Below the pieces are notes generated by a model. It made no database searches. It saw nothing but the letters and a program-made list of their open reading frames with translations, and was not told the DNA's origin. From Alphaproteobacteria bacterium (GTDB taxonomy: Bacteria > Pseudomonadota > Alphaproteobacteria > SP197), in assembly GCA_965228895.1 (NCBI GenBank), contig OZ245842.1, positions 3,648,001-3,712,000 of the forward strand: 64,000 bases of DNA. Direction: 5' to 3'. Below, piece by piece: positions 1 to 9,564 of the stretch; position 1 is the first letter of the stretch; every line of letters starts with the position of its first letter. The position numbers and the translations under genes were made by a program.

Positions 1-136
1 GCTGCATCAAGAGCTTGGTGGCGCGGTCGACATCCTTGCCATCGATCGCGTCCCTGATGTCGTGGACGGTTTGCACGAGCTGGTCGTGCTCCGACTTCAT
101 TTGTTCGAGAGCGCCGTCCAGCGGGTCGTCTGTCAT
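1..136 (-). CDS. 5' part of a small helical protein, possibly hemerythrin-like (runs off the window edge)
   Basis: Manual translation MTDDPLDGALEQMKSEHDQLVQTVHDIRDAIDGKDVDRATKLLMQ...; the 'MxxEHxxL' start resembles hemerythrin/HHE domains; truncated by the window. Confidence 0.45.
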   Translation of the reverse strand, partial: MTDDPLDGALEQMKSEHDQLVQTVHDIRDAIDGKDVDRATKLLMQ

Positions 137-313
137 CCCATCACTCACATCAACCTTTTTGGGCGTTCGGCTTCCGTCCTTCTACCCGGTTGTGACCCTG
201 ACGGGCCTTCACGCAACCGACATTGACACAGGTCAAGGGCAGCCGGTCCGACACCGTGTTTGATGCCAGTGTCACCTCAGGCATGCGGGTGTGCCAGGGC
301 ATACATCGGCGAC

Positions 314-2176
314 ATGACAGACGCGTTAGCGGTCAAGACCTCAGCAACGAACACCAAGGGCCGCCGGCTGGCTGGCCCGATGGCTGCTTTCGTTTTCCTG
401 GGGGTGCTCACCGCCACCTTGATCCCACTCGTCATCGTCTACGCCCTGCTTGTCGACGTTGCGCTATCCAACACCAACGAGCTGGTTCGCGATAAAGCCG
501 CCATCATTGTCAGCGCGGTCGAAGACCACGTTACCGGCTATCTGGACCCGATACCCGAACAGATCGAGGAAGTCGCGGAGCTGCTCGGTGCCCGGGACCT
601 GACGATCGACGACACCGAGGCATTCGATGATCTGTTCCAGGCCGCCATGGCAGCGACACCCCAGGTCGCCACGCTCTCTTATGCCACAGCCGACGGTCAA
701 GTTCTGCGGGTCTATCGCGACCGTGAAACCGACCGGGTGCTGCATGACGACTGGTCCGACGATCCGGCGTTCATGGCAACGCTCGAGACGTTTGCCAACG
801 CGGCCAACCCCGCCTGGGATGGCATCTTCATCGCCGAAGCGGTGAACCGGCCTTTCATCAACTACATCTTTCCCGTCTATCGCGACACGTTTCAGGGCAT
901 TTTGATCGCCAGCGTTTCGTTGGAGGAACTGTCGCGCTATATGCTGACGTTCGAGAAAGGGTTTCTGGGAACGCCGTTCCTGTTGCGCGGCGCCGACAGT
1001 GTGCTGGCTCATCCACGCCTGCCCGATCTCTACGGTCAACTGACGGACGCTGCGCCGCTGCCCCGCCTGAACGAGATCGACGACCCCCTCCTGGCAGGCA
1101 TGTGGAACGGTCAACTGGACGGCGACCACGTGAACCGTTTTACCGGCAGCGTCAGCGCGCGTGTCGTCGAATGGAACGGCGAGACTGAAGTCTTTCTCTA
1201 TCGCCCACTGCACGGCTATGATACCGCGACCTGGTATGTCGCGACGCACCTGCCGCTTTCGACGATCGCGCCGCAGCTCGACCGGCTGGATATTCTGTCG
1301 ACCGCGGCGCTTGCCGCCGTTATCTGTGCGTTCGCGATATCGCTCTTTCTTAGCCACACGCTGACACGTCCGATCCGCCGGCTCGCGGCCGCCATGCGCC
1401 AGATTGCCGAACTGCAATTCGACGCACCGCGGGAGCCAACCCGCAGCACCTTCGTCGAGGTCGAGGACGCCATGGCCGCGTGCGATCACGCGCGCCGCAG
1501 CCTCAAGACGTTCGGGCGTTACGTCCCCAGAAAACTGGTCCGCAAGCTGCTCGATGCCGACCATGCCGGCCGCATGCCGGGCACACAGACCGACATCACG
1601 GTCCTGTTTACCGACATCATGGGTTTCACCGCGATGTCGGAGAAGATGTCGGCGGTGCAGTTGGAGGAGTTCCTGAACGAACACTTCGCCCTGTTGGACG
1701 CATGTATCGAAGCCTCTGACGGCACGACCGACAAATACATCGGCGATTCCTTGATGGCGTTTTGGGGCGCACCGGAGCGGCAGGACGATCAGGCCCTGCG
1801 AGCCTGTCAAGCGGCGGCGGCGATCGCGCGCGCGATCCGCGACAACAACGACAAGAGAGAGCGCAACGGTCTTGACCGCGTTCAACTGCGCATTGGCATC
1901 CATTCCGGTCCCGTTGTGGTCGGCGATATCGGGCCGACGGGCCGCGTCAACTATACCGTCGTCGGCGACAGCGTGAACATCGCCGAACGGCTCGAAGAAC
2001 TCGCCCGTAATGTGCCACACCGCAATGGCGATGTCGGCGCGGTAATCAGCCAGCAGACCGCGATGGCGGCCGGCGGCGATCTGCCGACGCGTTCGCTGGG
2101 GCGACATGTGCTGCATGGGCGGCGCGGTCGCATCGAAGCCCTTGTTCTCGATCTCGACCACGTACCGGCCCCCTAG
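314..2176 (+). CDS. Class III adenylate/guanylate cyclase with periplasmic Cache-type sensor and HAMP domain
   Basis: Two TM segments flank a periplasmic region, then HAMP (LTRPIRRLAAAMRQIA) and cyclase motifs VLFTDIMGFT, DKYIGD, RIGIHSGPVVVG, VVGDSVNIAERLE; Lys in DKYIGD suggests ATP specificity. Confidence 0.92.
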   Translation: MTDALAVKTSATNTKGRRLAGPMAAFVFLGVLTATLIPLVIVYALLVDVALSNTNELVRDKAAIIVSAVEDHVTGYLDPIPEQIEEVAELLGARDLTIDDTEAFDDLFQAAMAATPQVATLSYATADGQVLRVYRDRETDRVLHDDWSDDPAFMATLETFANAANPAWDGIFIAEAVNRPFINYIFPVYRDTFQGILIASVSLEELSRYMLTFEKGFLGTPFLLRGADSVLAHPRLPDLYGQLTDAAPLPRLNEIDDPLLAGMWNGQLDGDHVNRFTGSVSARVVEWNGETEVFLYRPLHGYDTATWYVATHLPLSTIAPQLDRLDILSTAALAAVICAFAISLFLSHTLTRPIRRLAAAMRQIAELQFDAPREPTRSTFVEVEDAMAACDHARRSLKTFGRYVPRKLVRKLLDADHAGRMPGTQTDITVLFTDIMGFTAMSEKMSAVQLEEFLNEHFALLDACIEASDGTTDKYIGDSLMAFWGAPERQDDQALRACQAAAAIARAIRDNNDKRERNGLDRVQLRIGIHSGPVVVGDIGPTGRVNYTVVGDSVNIAERLEELARNVPHRNGDVGAVISQQTAMAAGGDLPTRSLGRHVLHGRRGRIEALVLDLDHVPAP

Positions 2177-2189
2177 AAAGGAAACGCCG

Positions 2190-2312
2190 ATGGATCTTCA
2201 CAAGCGCATCCTGGAATGGCAGGCCGCACACCCCATCACCACCTGGATCTTCTGGCTCATCGTCTGGGCCATCGTCCTGGTGCTGCTCCTGTGGCCCGAA
2301 ACCGTGGCCTAA
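2190..2312 (+). CDS. 40-aa single-pass membrane protein
   Basis: AAGGA RBS just after the cyclase stop; MDLHKRILEWQAAHPITTWIFWLIVWAIVLVLLLWPETVA. Confidence 0.65.
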   Translation: MDLHKRILEWQAAHPITTWIFWLIVWAIVLVLLLWPETVA

Positions 2313-2372
2313 GCGGGCATGGCGCCCTGCAGTTGATCATGGGAGAATGCCGCGCAGGGATAAACGGGGCCA

Positions 2373-2678
2373 ATGGCTTTATCGCTTTCCTATATTGTGG
2401 AGACCCTCGCGACCAGCGCTGCGGAATCGCTGATCGATCCCGTCTATTTTGTCGTCTACCTCGCCGCCGGCATCCTGATCCGCAAGTTCTGGTGGGCGGT
2501 GGCTGCGGGATTGGCCTGGCCCGTCCTGATTGACGCCGGCGCCTGGATCATCTACCCCGGCGACAGCCTGCCATGGGGCCAGGTCGGCCCGATCATCGGC
2601 GGCCCCATCGCGACGGCGGTGATCTGGTGGATCAGGAACCTGTTCCGGCAGAAGACCGACGGCGATGCGAACGGCTAG
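2373..2678 (+). CDS. Hypothetical membrane protein (~3 TM)
   Basis: 101-aa hydrophobic ORF with host-like codon usage filling the gap. Confidence 0.7.
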   Translation: MALSLSYIVETLATSAAESLIDPVYFVVYLAAGILIRKFWWAVAAGLAWPVLIDAGAWIIYPGDSLPWGQVGPIIGGPIATAVIWWIRNLFRQKTDGDANG

Positions 2679-2693
2679 GCAGTTGTTGCCGGC

Positions 2694-3512
2694 CTAGGCA
2701 TCGGCGTCATACATCGTCACGAACTCCAGAAACTTTGAGGCTTCCAGCATGTCGGCGGCGACGAAACGCACCGTATAGGCGGCGGGACGTTCGACAATCG
2801 ACAGATAATCGAGCAGTTCCGGCTGCATGCGGTTCTTGAAGTCGATTTCCATCGTGACTGGCGCGTCAACACCGCGCGGCTTGAAGTCGCCGAGCCGTTC
2901 CATGGCAACCGCCGCTTTGTGGCGCACCAGCTCGCGGGCATCTTCAGGCCGCAGTGTCCGTGCCGACAACGTGCCGTGCGCCCACTTCACTTCCGCAGTC
3001 TCGATGTCGCCGAACACGTCACGGGCATGGGCACAGTAGACGTCGTCGCCGGTTGCCAGAACCACGGGCACGTGGAAGTGGGCGGCGATCGCCGCGCTCA
3101 GCACCGTCTCCGACGCGACCTCGCCGTTCAGCCTGATCTCGCGGATGCCACCGGTCATGGTGTGTGCCAGAACGCCGCCCATCGCGGTCGATCCGGCGTG
3201 ATAGCCGATCAGCATGGCCGCCGCGAAAGACCCGGTCTCCAGCCCCTGCATCATGGCCAGTGGCCGGGGCCAGGAGCGGATCACCTGCGTGCCCTCGGGC
3301 AAACGCTCCAACAGCAAGTTTTCCCCGCTGCCGTGGGAGTCACTGACCACGATCTCCTCAACACCGGCGCCTTCGGCCGCCTCGCACGCCGCGACGACCT
3401 CGTCGGTCATCCAGGCGCGCGCGCGTTCGTATTCGAACCCCTTGGGTGATGTGTGGTTGCGCGTAACGACACCGGCGATGCCTTCGATGTCGGCGGAAAT
3501 GTACAAACGCAT
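2694..3512 (-). CDS. dppA: D-aminopeptidase, peptidase M55 family
   Basis: SADIEG, DSHG, GYHA and LAHT motifs; 272 aa. Confidence 0.9.
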   Translation of the reverse strand: MRLYISADIEGIAGVVTRNHTSPKGFEYERARAWMTDEVVAACEAAEGAGVEEIVVSDSHGSGENLLLERLPEGTQVIRSWPRPLAMMQGLETGSFAAAMLIGYHAGSTAMGGVLAHTMTGGIREIRLNGEVASETVLSAAIAAHFHVPVVLATGDDVYCAHARDVFGDIETAEVKWAHGTLSARTLRPEDARELVRHKAAVAMERLGDFKPRGVDAPVTMEIDFKNRMQPELLDYLSIVERPAAYTVRFVAADMLEASKFLEFVTMYDADA

Positions 3513-3524
3513 GACGGCCCTCCC

Positions 3525-3663
3525 CTAGAGCAGATCCTGTTTTGATGGGATCGCTTCGCGATTCCGTCAAGGCAGGTGAGTCTGCTCTACTTATGGATAG
3601 AGAGCGGATTCACATGGTTAAGTGGAACCGCTTAACGGTTCCACTTAACCATGATCCGCTCTA
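3525..3663. repeat. Double-hairpin palindromic intergenic element (RIME/Bru-RS-like)
   Basis: Hairpin 1 TAGAGCAGA...TCTGCTCTA; hairpin 2 AGAGCGGAT-tca-CATGGTTAAGTGGAACCG-cttaa-CGGTTCCACTTAACCATG-ATCCGCTCTA. Confidence 0.75.
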
Positions 3664-3724
3664 ACACCGATCATAGCGCGCGGGGCTAAAGCCGTATCGT
3701 TCAATTCACCTCAGTCGGCCCAAC

Positions 3725-4912
3725 CTATGCGGCAAGCGCCCGGGTCAGGTCGTCCTTGACGTCCTCGGCGTCTTCCAGGCCGACATGCAGGCGCACCAGA
3801 CCGTCGCCGATACCCAGGTGATCACGCTCTTCCTGGCTCAGCCGCTGATGGGTTGTGGTCGCCGGATGGGTGATCAGGCTTTTCGAATCACCCAGATTGT
3901 TCGAGATGTCGATCAGCTTGAGCGCGTTCAGGAACCGGAACGCGCGATCCTTGCCGCCGTCCAACTCAAACGCCACAACGCTGCCACCGTCGGACATCTG
4001 CCGCTTCACCAGCGCGCGCTGCGGATGGCTGGCCAGCGTCGGATAAAGCGTCCGGATGATGCCGTTGCGGGTCTCCAGATGGCTCGCGACGTCGAACGCG
4101 TTCTGGCAATGACGCGCCATCCTGAGGTCAAGCGTCTCCAACCCCTTCAGCAGCAGCCACGCGTTGAACGGACTGAGCGATGGACCGGTATGGCGCATGA
4201 ACGGCACCAGATTGTCTTTTACGAATTCCTCGCTGGCCAGGATCGCACCGCCCAGGCACCGGCCCTGGCCGTCGATATGTTTGGTCGCCGAATAGACGAC
4301 GACGTCGGCGCCCAGCTCCAACGGTTTTTGCAGCAGCGGTGAGGCAAAGACGTTGTCGACGACAACCGTCGCGCCGGCCTCGTGCGCCAGGGTGCAAACC
4401 GCCGGCAAATCGATGATCTCCAGCGTCGGGTTGGATGGCGTCTCCAGAAACACCGCCTTGGCGCCCGGCTTCAGCGCATCGCGCCACTGATCGAGGTCGG
4501 TGCCGTCGACCAGTGTCGTCTCAACGCCATAGCGCGGCAGGATTTCGGAAACGATGAAATGGCACGAACCGAACAGGGCGCGCGACGCGACGACCCGGTC
4601 GCCTGCCTTAAGCTGGCACATCAGCGATGCGAACACCGCGGCCATGCCGCTTGACGTGGCGCGGCATGCTTCGGCGCCCTCCAATAGGCGCAACCGTTCC
4701 TCGAACATGCCAACGGTCGGGTTGCCGTAGCGCGAATAGATGTAACGGGGATCCTTGCCCTTGAAGGCGGCCTCGGCCGCTTCGGCACTTTCATAAACGT
4801 AACCCGACGTCATATAGAGCGCTTCCGACGTTTCGGCGAATGCGCTTCTTGCCAGACCGCCACGCACAAGCTCGGTCTGGGGACGATAGGTCGGGGTATC
4901 CTTGTCGGTCAT
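3725..4912 (-). CDS. metZ: O-succinylhomoserine sulfhydrylase
   Basis: Cys/Met PLP-family motifs YSRYGNPT, SGMAA, ETPSNP, YSATKHIDGQGR, SNNLGDSKS; GGAGG RBS before ATG at 4912; SAM riboswitch upstream. Confidence 0.95.
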   Translation of the reverse strand: MTDKDTPTYRPQTELVRGGLARSAFAETSEALYMTSGYVYESAEAAEAAFKGKDPRYIYSRYGNPTVGMFEERLRLLEGAEACRATSSGMAAVFASLMCQLKAGDRVVASRALFGSCHFIVSEILPRYGVETTLVDGTDLDQWRDALKPGAKAVFLETPSNPTLEIIDLPAVCTLAHEAGATVVVDNVFASPLLQKPLELGADVVVYSATKHIDGQGRCLGGAILASEEFVKDNLVPFMRHTGPSLSPFNAWLLLKGLETLDLRMARHCQNAFDVASHLETRNGIIRTLYPTLASHPQRALVKRQMSDGGSVVAFELDGGKDRAFRFLNALKLIDISNNLGDSKSLITHPATTTHQRLSQEERDHLGIGDGLVRLHVGLEDAEDVKDDLTRALAA

Positions 4913-4929
4913 AACGCGGCCTCCATATG

Positions 4930-4961
4930 AAAAAACCCCGACCGGCATATGGGGTCAGGGC
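4930..4961 (-). terminator. Intrinsic terminator in the metZ leader (riboswitch expression platform)
   Basis: Minus strand CCCTGACC-ccatatgcc-GGTCGGGG-TTTTTT between the aptamer and the RBS. Confidence 0.75.
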
Positions 4962-4981
4962 TTTCGTTTCGGAAACCGCGA

Positions 4982-5037
4982 CCTCTTTAGCGTTTTGTTT
5001 AACGTGGCCGCAAGCCGGTCGGCACAAATCACCACGT
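4982..5037 (-). ncRNA. SAM-II (SAM-alpha) riboswitch
   Basis: Minus strand ACGTGG-TGATTT-GTGCCGACCGGC-TTGC-GG-CCACGT-TAAACAAAAC-GCTAAA-GAGG matches the SAM-II consensus; upstream of metZ. Confidence 0.9.
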
Positions 5038-5119
5038 GATCTGCTAGGTAATCCCGCAAGCCCCGCGTGTCAAGGGGCGGTGTTTTGCCTAGAGCATGGC
5101 CTGCTCACAGAGGGTCGGT

Positions 5120-5186
5120 CCGGCCCGCTCCGCTCCCTGCCACCCATGGCAGCATCCTTGGGGTGGCCGGGAGGGGAGCGAGCCGG
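5120..5186. repeat. REP-like palindrome, family A copy 1
   Basis: CCGGCCCGCTCC...GCCACCCATGGCAGCATCCT...GGGTGGCCGGGAGGGGAGCGAGCCGG; close copy at 16780. Confidence 0.8.
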
Positions 5187-5211
5187 GGATGCCAACTATA
5201 CCGCGAAAGCC

Positions 5212-5835
5212 CTAGAGACCCGGATGCGTGGTGATGCCCTCGATAATCATCTCGACGGCGATGGCCAGAACGATCATGCCGGCGAGCCGATTGATGACCA
5301 TCAGGCCGGCGGTCCCCAACACGCGCCCAATTGGCGCGGCGGCGCAGTAGGCGATGGCGACGATGACGCCGAGGGCCACGATGATTAGCGAAATGACGCC
5401 TTGATGTTCGATCCCGGTGCTTTCGTGCGACTCGACAATGACCTTGGCGATCGCACCGGCGCCACCCAGCATGGGTATGCCGATCGGCACGATGCCGACA
5501 TGGGTCCCGGACTGTCCCGCGACTTCATCCTCGACATTGACATCCGGCATGGGTGTCATCGCCAGCATCTGCAGACCGACAATAGCGATCACGATACCGC
5601 CGGCAATCTGGAACGATGGCAGCGACGATCCCAATGCCTGGACGACGGTTTCGCCAGAATATTGGAACACCAGCAGGGTCAACGTTACCGTTATGGCCGC
5701 CGCAATCGCAGCCTTGATCCTGCCATTGCTTGTGAGATGCGACGTCAGCGCCAAAAACAACGGAATGCTTGTAAATGGATCGACCAGGGCAAGCAGTCCA
5801 ACCGAAAATCGTGTGTACTCAGACCAGCTTTCCAA
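5212..5835 (-). CDS. MarC family membrane protein
   Basis: VDPFTSIPLFLALT, SFQIAGG, IVPIGIPMLGG, RLAGMIVLAIAVEMI. Confidence 0.9.
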   Translation of the reverse strand: MESWSEYTRFSVGLLALVDPFTSIPLFLALTSHLTSNGRIKAAIAAAITVTLTLLVFQYSGETVVQALGSSLPSFQIAGGIVIAIVGLQMLAMTPMPDVNVEDEVAGQSGTHVGIVPIGIPMLGGAGAIAKVIVESHESTGIEHQGVISLIIVALGVIVAIAYCAAAPIGRVLGTAGLMVINRLAGMIVLAIAVEMIIEGITTHPGL

Positions 5836-6055
5836 GATTCGATCCCTGACGATTCAACGTGAGAGGCCCCAAGGCGTACTGCCCCCTTGATGGTGTTTGC
5901 GCAGCGCGTCTCCTCAAGCAATAGACCAGTGACGGGGCCCTGCCAACACTCCTGCTGACGCAGGGGAAAGCACTCGGCTTGGGCGCCAAGGGTTGTCATT
6001 GCCGCGAATGCCTGTTTTTAGTGTGCCCAACGTGTTGATGGGGGAAATCAGTCCG

Positions 6056-6682
6056 ATGTCGTGGGAATTGTGGATCGCGTTTGTCGTGGCCAGTTCGGCG
6101 CTCTTGGCCATACCCGGCCCGACCGTCCTGATCGTGGTGAGTTACGCGCTGGGCAAGGGGCGGCGAACCGCGTGGGCGACCGTGCCGGGTCTGACACTCG
6201 GCGACTTCACCGCCATGACCATATCGCTGATGGGCGCCGGTGCGATTCTGGCCGCCTCGGCCGAACTCTTCACCGTTCTGAAACTTGCCGGCGCCGGGTA
6301 TCTCATCTGGCTGGGGATCAAGTTGTGGCGCGCCCGGCCCGATCCCGACGCCACGATGGGTGCGGCAATCGGTGCCGAAGACCGGCGGATGTTCTGGAAC
6401 AGTTTCGTCGTGACGGCGCTCAACCCAAAAAGCATCGTCTTCTTTATCGCTTTCGTGCCCCAGTTCATCGACCCCACCGCGCCCGTCTTCTGGCAATTTG
6501 TCATCCTGGAAGCGACGTTCCTGTTCCTGGCCGCGGTCAACGGCGTCATCTGGGCCGTGCTGGCCGGCAACATGCGGGCCCGCTTCCAGCGGCCCGCGGT
6601 ACTGCGCATGGCCAACCGCATCGGCGGCTCTTTCTTGATCGGCGCGGGTCTCTTGACCGCCTTCGCGCGACGCACCGGCTAA
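6056..6682 (+). CDS. LysE/RhtB family translocator
   Basis: IPGPT, LKLAGAGYLIWLG, ALNPKSIVFF. Confidence 0.92.
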   Translation: MSWELWIAFVVASSALLAIPGPTVLIVVSYALGKGRRTAWATVPGLTLGDFTAMTISLMGAGAILAASAELFTVLKLAGAGYLIWLGIKLWRARPDPDATMGAAIGAEDRRMFWNSFVVTALNPKSIVFFIAFVPQFIDPTAPVFWQFVILEATFLFLAAVNGVIWAVLAGNMRARFQRPAVLRMANRIGGSFLIGAGLLTAFARRTG

Positions 6683-6688
6683 GCCCGC

Positions 6689-7990
6689 GTGGGTGATGAC
6701 CGTCGGCTCAAGGCGGCGCGGCGCGCCATCGCCCTGGTACGCGACCGGGTCGATGCGCACTTCTCGATCCGCCTGTGGGACGGATCGCTGGAACCTTTGG
6801 GAAGCAACGTCGTTCCGGGCCTTGCCATCCAAATCAACACGCCGGGCGTGTTGCCGTCGATCCTGCGCCGCCCCAGTCTCGATCGGCTGATCCGTCACTA
6901 CGCCCACGGCCGCCTGGATATCGAAGGCGGCACGCTGGTCGATATCGCCGGTCCGTTTGCCGTGGACAAGGCCGCGCGGCGTCGGTTCAAGACGGTCAAC
7001 AAACGCGCCCTCCTCACCGCTCTGTGGCCACTCCTGATCGCCAAGGCCGATCATCCCGACGCCAGCCGTCAGTTCGATGATGACTCCGAAGGCGCCGACC
7101 GCGGGCAAGACGACAACCGGCGCTTCATTCAGTTCCACTATGACGTCGGCAACGACTTCTATCGGCTCTTCCTGGACCCGCGGATGCAATACTCCTGCGC
7201 CTGGTATCCGACCTGGGACACCAGCCTGGAAGATGCCCAGGAAGCCAAGCTCGACATGACCTGCCGCAAGCTTCGCCTGAAACCGGGCGAACGCCTGCTC
7301 GACATCGGCTGCGGCTGGGGCGGTCTTTTGATCCACGCAGCCCAGAACTATGGCATCACCGGTCACGGCGTCACCTTGTCGGAAGAGCAACTGGCCTTGG
7401 CGCGGGCGCGAATCGATGAACTTGGACTTGGCGATCGCATCACGCTGGAGCTCAAGGACTATCAAAACCTTGACGGCCAATTCGACAAGATTGCGTCAAT
7501 CGGCATGTACGAGCACATCGGCCTGGACAATATCCCAGCCTACTTCGCCAAAGTTCAGACGTTGCTCGCCGAAAGCGGCCTGTTCCTCAACCACGCCATT
7601 TCGCGCGGTGCGAAAAAACGCAAGAAACGCTTTTCCAAACGCCCGGAACAAAAAGCGCTGCAGAAGTACATATTCCCAGGCGGCGAGCTCGACGATATCG
7701 GTCACACAATCGCGGCGATGGAGCAGCACGGTTTCGAGGTGCACGATGTCGAGGGCTGGCGGGAGCACTATCAAAAGACGACGCGGATCTGGTGCGAACG
7801 GTTGACCGCGCGCCGTGACGAGGCGGTGGCTTTGGTCGGACCGGAAACCTATCGTATATGGGTTGCCTATCTGGGTGGCTGTTCGCTGGCGTTCCAGCGC
7901 GGGTCGGCACGTATCTATCAGACGCTTGCCGGCAAGTCGGCGAAGGGTTCGGCCGCCGTACCGCCGAGCCGCGCCGACCTCTATCGCTGA
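6689..7990 (+). CDS. cfa: Cyclopropane-fatty-acyl-phospholipid synthase family methyltransferase
   Basis: IQFHYDVGNDFY, MQYSCA, LLDIGCGWG, SIGMYEHIG, YIFPGGEL. Confidence 0.9.
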   Translation: MGDDRRLKAARRAIALVRDRVDAHFSIRLWDGSLEPLGSNVVPGLAIQINTPGVLPSILRRPSLDRLIRHYAHGRLDIEGGTLVDIAGPFAVDKAARRRFKTVNKRALLTALWPLLIAKADHPDASRQFDDDSEGADRGQDDNRRFIQFHYDVGNDFYRLFLDPRMQYSCAWYPTWDTSLEDAQEAKLDMTCRKLRLKPGERLLDIGCGWGGLLIHAAQNYGITGHGVTLSEEQLALARARIDELGLGDRITLELKDYQNLDGQFDKIASIGMYEHIGLDNIPAYFAKVQTLLAESGLFLNHAISRGAKKRKKRFSKRPEQKALQKYIFPGGELDDIGHTIAAMEQHGFEVHDVEGWREHYQKTTRIWCERLTARRDEAVALVGPETYRIWVAYLGGCSLAFQRGSARIYQTLAGKSAKGSAAVPPSRADLYR

Positions 7991-8013
7991 AACGAGGTGG
8001 GGATGCCGGCGTG

Positions 8014-9552
8014 ATGACGATCATTACGGACGACAACCGCCGCTGGTGGATTGCCGGTTCCATGGCACTGCCGGTCATCGTTCTGACCATCGACTTCTTC
8101 GGTGTCTCTGTCGCCCTACCCACCATCGGCCGCGATCTCAACACCGGTACGGTCACCCTGGCCTGGGTGATCAACGCGTTCATGCTGGGTCTAGCCAGCA
8201 TGCTGATTGTCGGCGGCCGACTGGGCGATTTGATTGGCCGACGCAAAATGCTGATTTTTGGCGTCACGATCTTTGTCGCGTCGTCGATACTGTGTGGCTT
8301 CGCCCCGTCCGGACCCTGGCTGATCGCGGCACGCGCCATTCAAGGCGCCGCGGCCGGTTTCACCTACACCAACTCGCTCTCTATCGTTTCGAACGCGTTC
8401 CCCAGCGAACAGCGCCATGTCGGCATCAGTTTGTGGATCGGAATTGGGGCGGCTGGTTCGGCAATCGGGCCGTTCGTCGGTGGCCTGTTGACCTATGAGT
8501 TGTCATGGCGCTGGTTCTTCTTCTTGAACGTCCCGTTCGGAATCGCCGCGGTCATCATGACATTCCTGCTTGTAAAGGAATCACGCGACGAGGAGGCGCC
8601 GCCCAAGATCGATTGGCTTGGTTGCCTGTTGGCGGTCGCCGGTCTGGTTTTCCTGGTCATGGGCCTACAGCTCGCCGGCAATCTCGGCTGGTCGTCGTTG
8701 ACTGTTTGGGCGTCCCTTGTTTTCGGCCTGGCCGTCTCGGCCGTCTTCATCGTGTTCGAGACGAAGGTCAAATTTCCGCTGATCGACTTCCAACTCTTCC
8801 GGAACCGTGAGTTCGGCAGCAGCGCGTGTATCGGGTTCACGATCAATTTTACGCTCGGCACGCTCATGCTGTTCCTGACGCTTTACCTGCAGCATGTTCT
8901 GAACCTCACACCGCTTTCCGCCGGCTTTGTGTTCCTCGGCTACTCCGTTCTGTTGGCCGCGACATCGTCGTCCAACGCCTTCTTTCTGAACAGGTGGGGT
9001 GCGCGCCGGACCATGGCCACCGGCATGCTGTTGAACAGCGTCAGCTTCCTGGTCCTTGCGTTCGCCGAACCCACAACCGGCCTTGCCATCATCGCTGGCG
9101 CCCTCATCGTGGGCGGTGCCGGCCAAGCGTTTGCCTATACGACCTCAACGTCGTTGGCCATGGCGTCGGTTTCCGAACAGAAATCCGGTGCGGCATCCGG
9201 CGCCATAGGAACGATTAGGATATCCGCAACGGCGATGGGCGTTGCTGTTTCAACCGCGATTTTCAAGATGATTGAGACCAGCGAACTGGTGTCGTTGATC
9301 GGCAAGGCCGGCGGTCACCTGACGCGCGCGGAGGTTCGCGACATCCACGTGCTGGTGGCCGGTTCCGACAAGGCCGCCGACAGGCTAGCCCAAGAAGTAC
9401 CAGCAGCAGCCGGCAAGATGCCCATGATTGTTGATCAGGCGATGGTTGCCGGATTCAGCGGCGTCATGCTGGTTTGCGTTGCCGTCTCGGTCATCGGCTT
9501 GGCCGCTGCCTTTCTGGCGCGCCAGATTCAAACCGATAGCGACGACGGTTAG
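8014..9552 (+). CDS. MFS transporter, DHA2 (14-TM) drug/H+ antiporter family
   Basis: GRLGDLIGRRK motif A, ARAIQG, GPFVGGLL, WRWFFFLNVP. Confidence 0.9.
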   Translation: MTIITDDNRRWWIAGSMALPVIVLTIDFFGVSVALPTIGRDLNTGTVTLAWVINAFMLGLASMLIVGGRLGDLIGRRKMLIFGVTIFVASSILCGFAPSGPWLIAARAIQGAAAGFTYTNSLSIVSNAFPSEQRHVGISLWIGIGAAGSAIGPFVGGLLTYELSWRWFFFLNVPFGIAAVIMTFLLVKESRDEEAPPKIDWLGCLLAVAGLVFLVMGLQLAGNLGWSSLTVWASLVFGLAVSAVFIVFETKVKFPLIDFQLFRNREFGSSACIGFTINFTLGTLMLFLTLYLQHVLNLTPLSAGFVFLGYSVLLAATSSSNAFFLNRWGARRTMATGMLLNSVSFLVLAFAEPTTGLAIIAGALIVGGAGQAFAYTTSTSLAMASVSEQKSGAASGAIGTIRISATAMGVAVSTAIFKMIETSELVSLIGKAGGHLTRAEVRDIHVLVAGSDKAADRLAQEVPAAAGKMPMIVDQAMVAGFSGVMLVCVAVSVIGLAAAFLARQIQTDSDDG

Positions 9553-9564
9553 CCCGGCGCTAGC

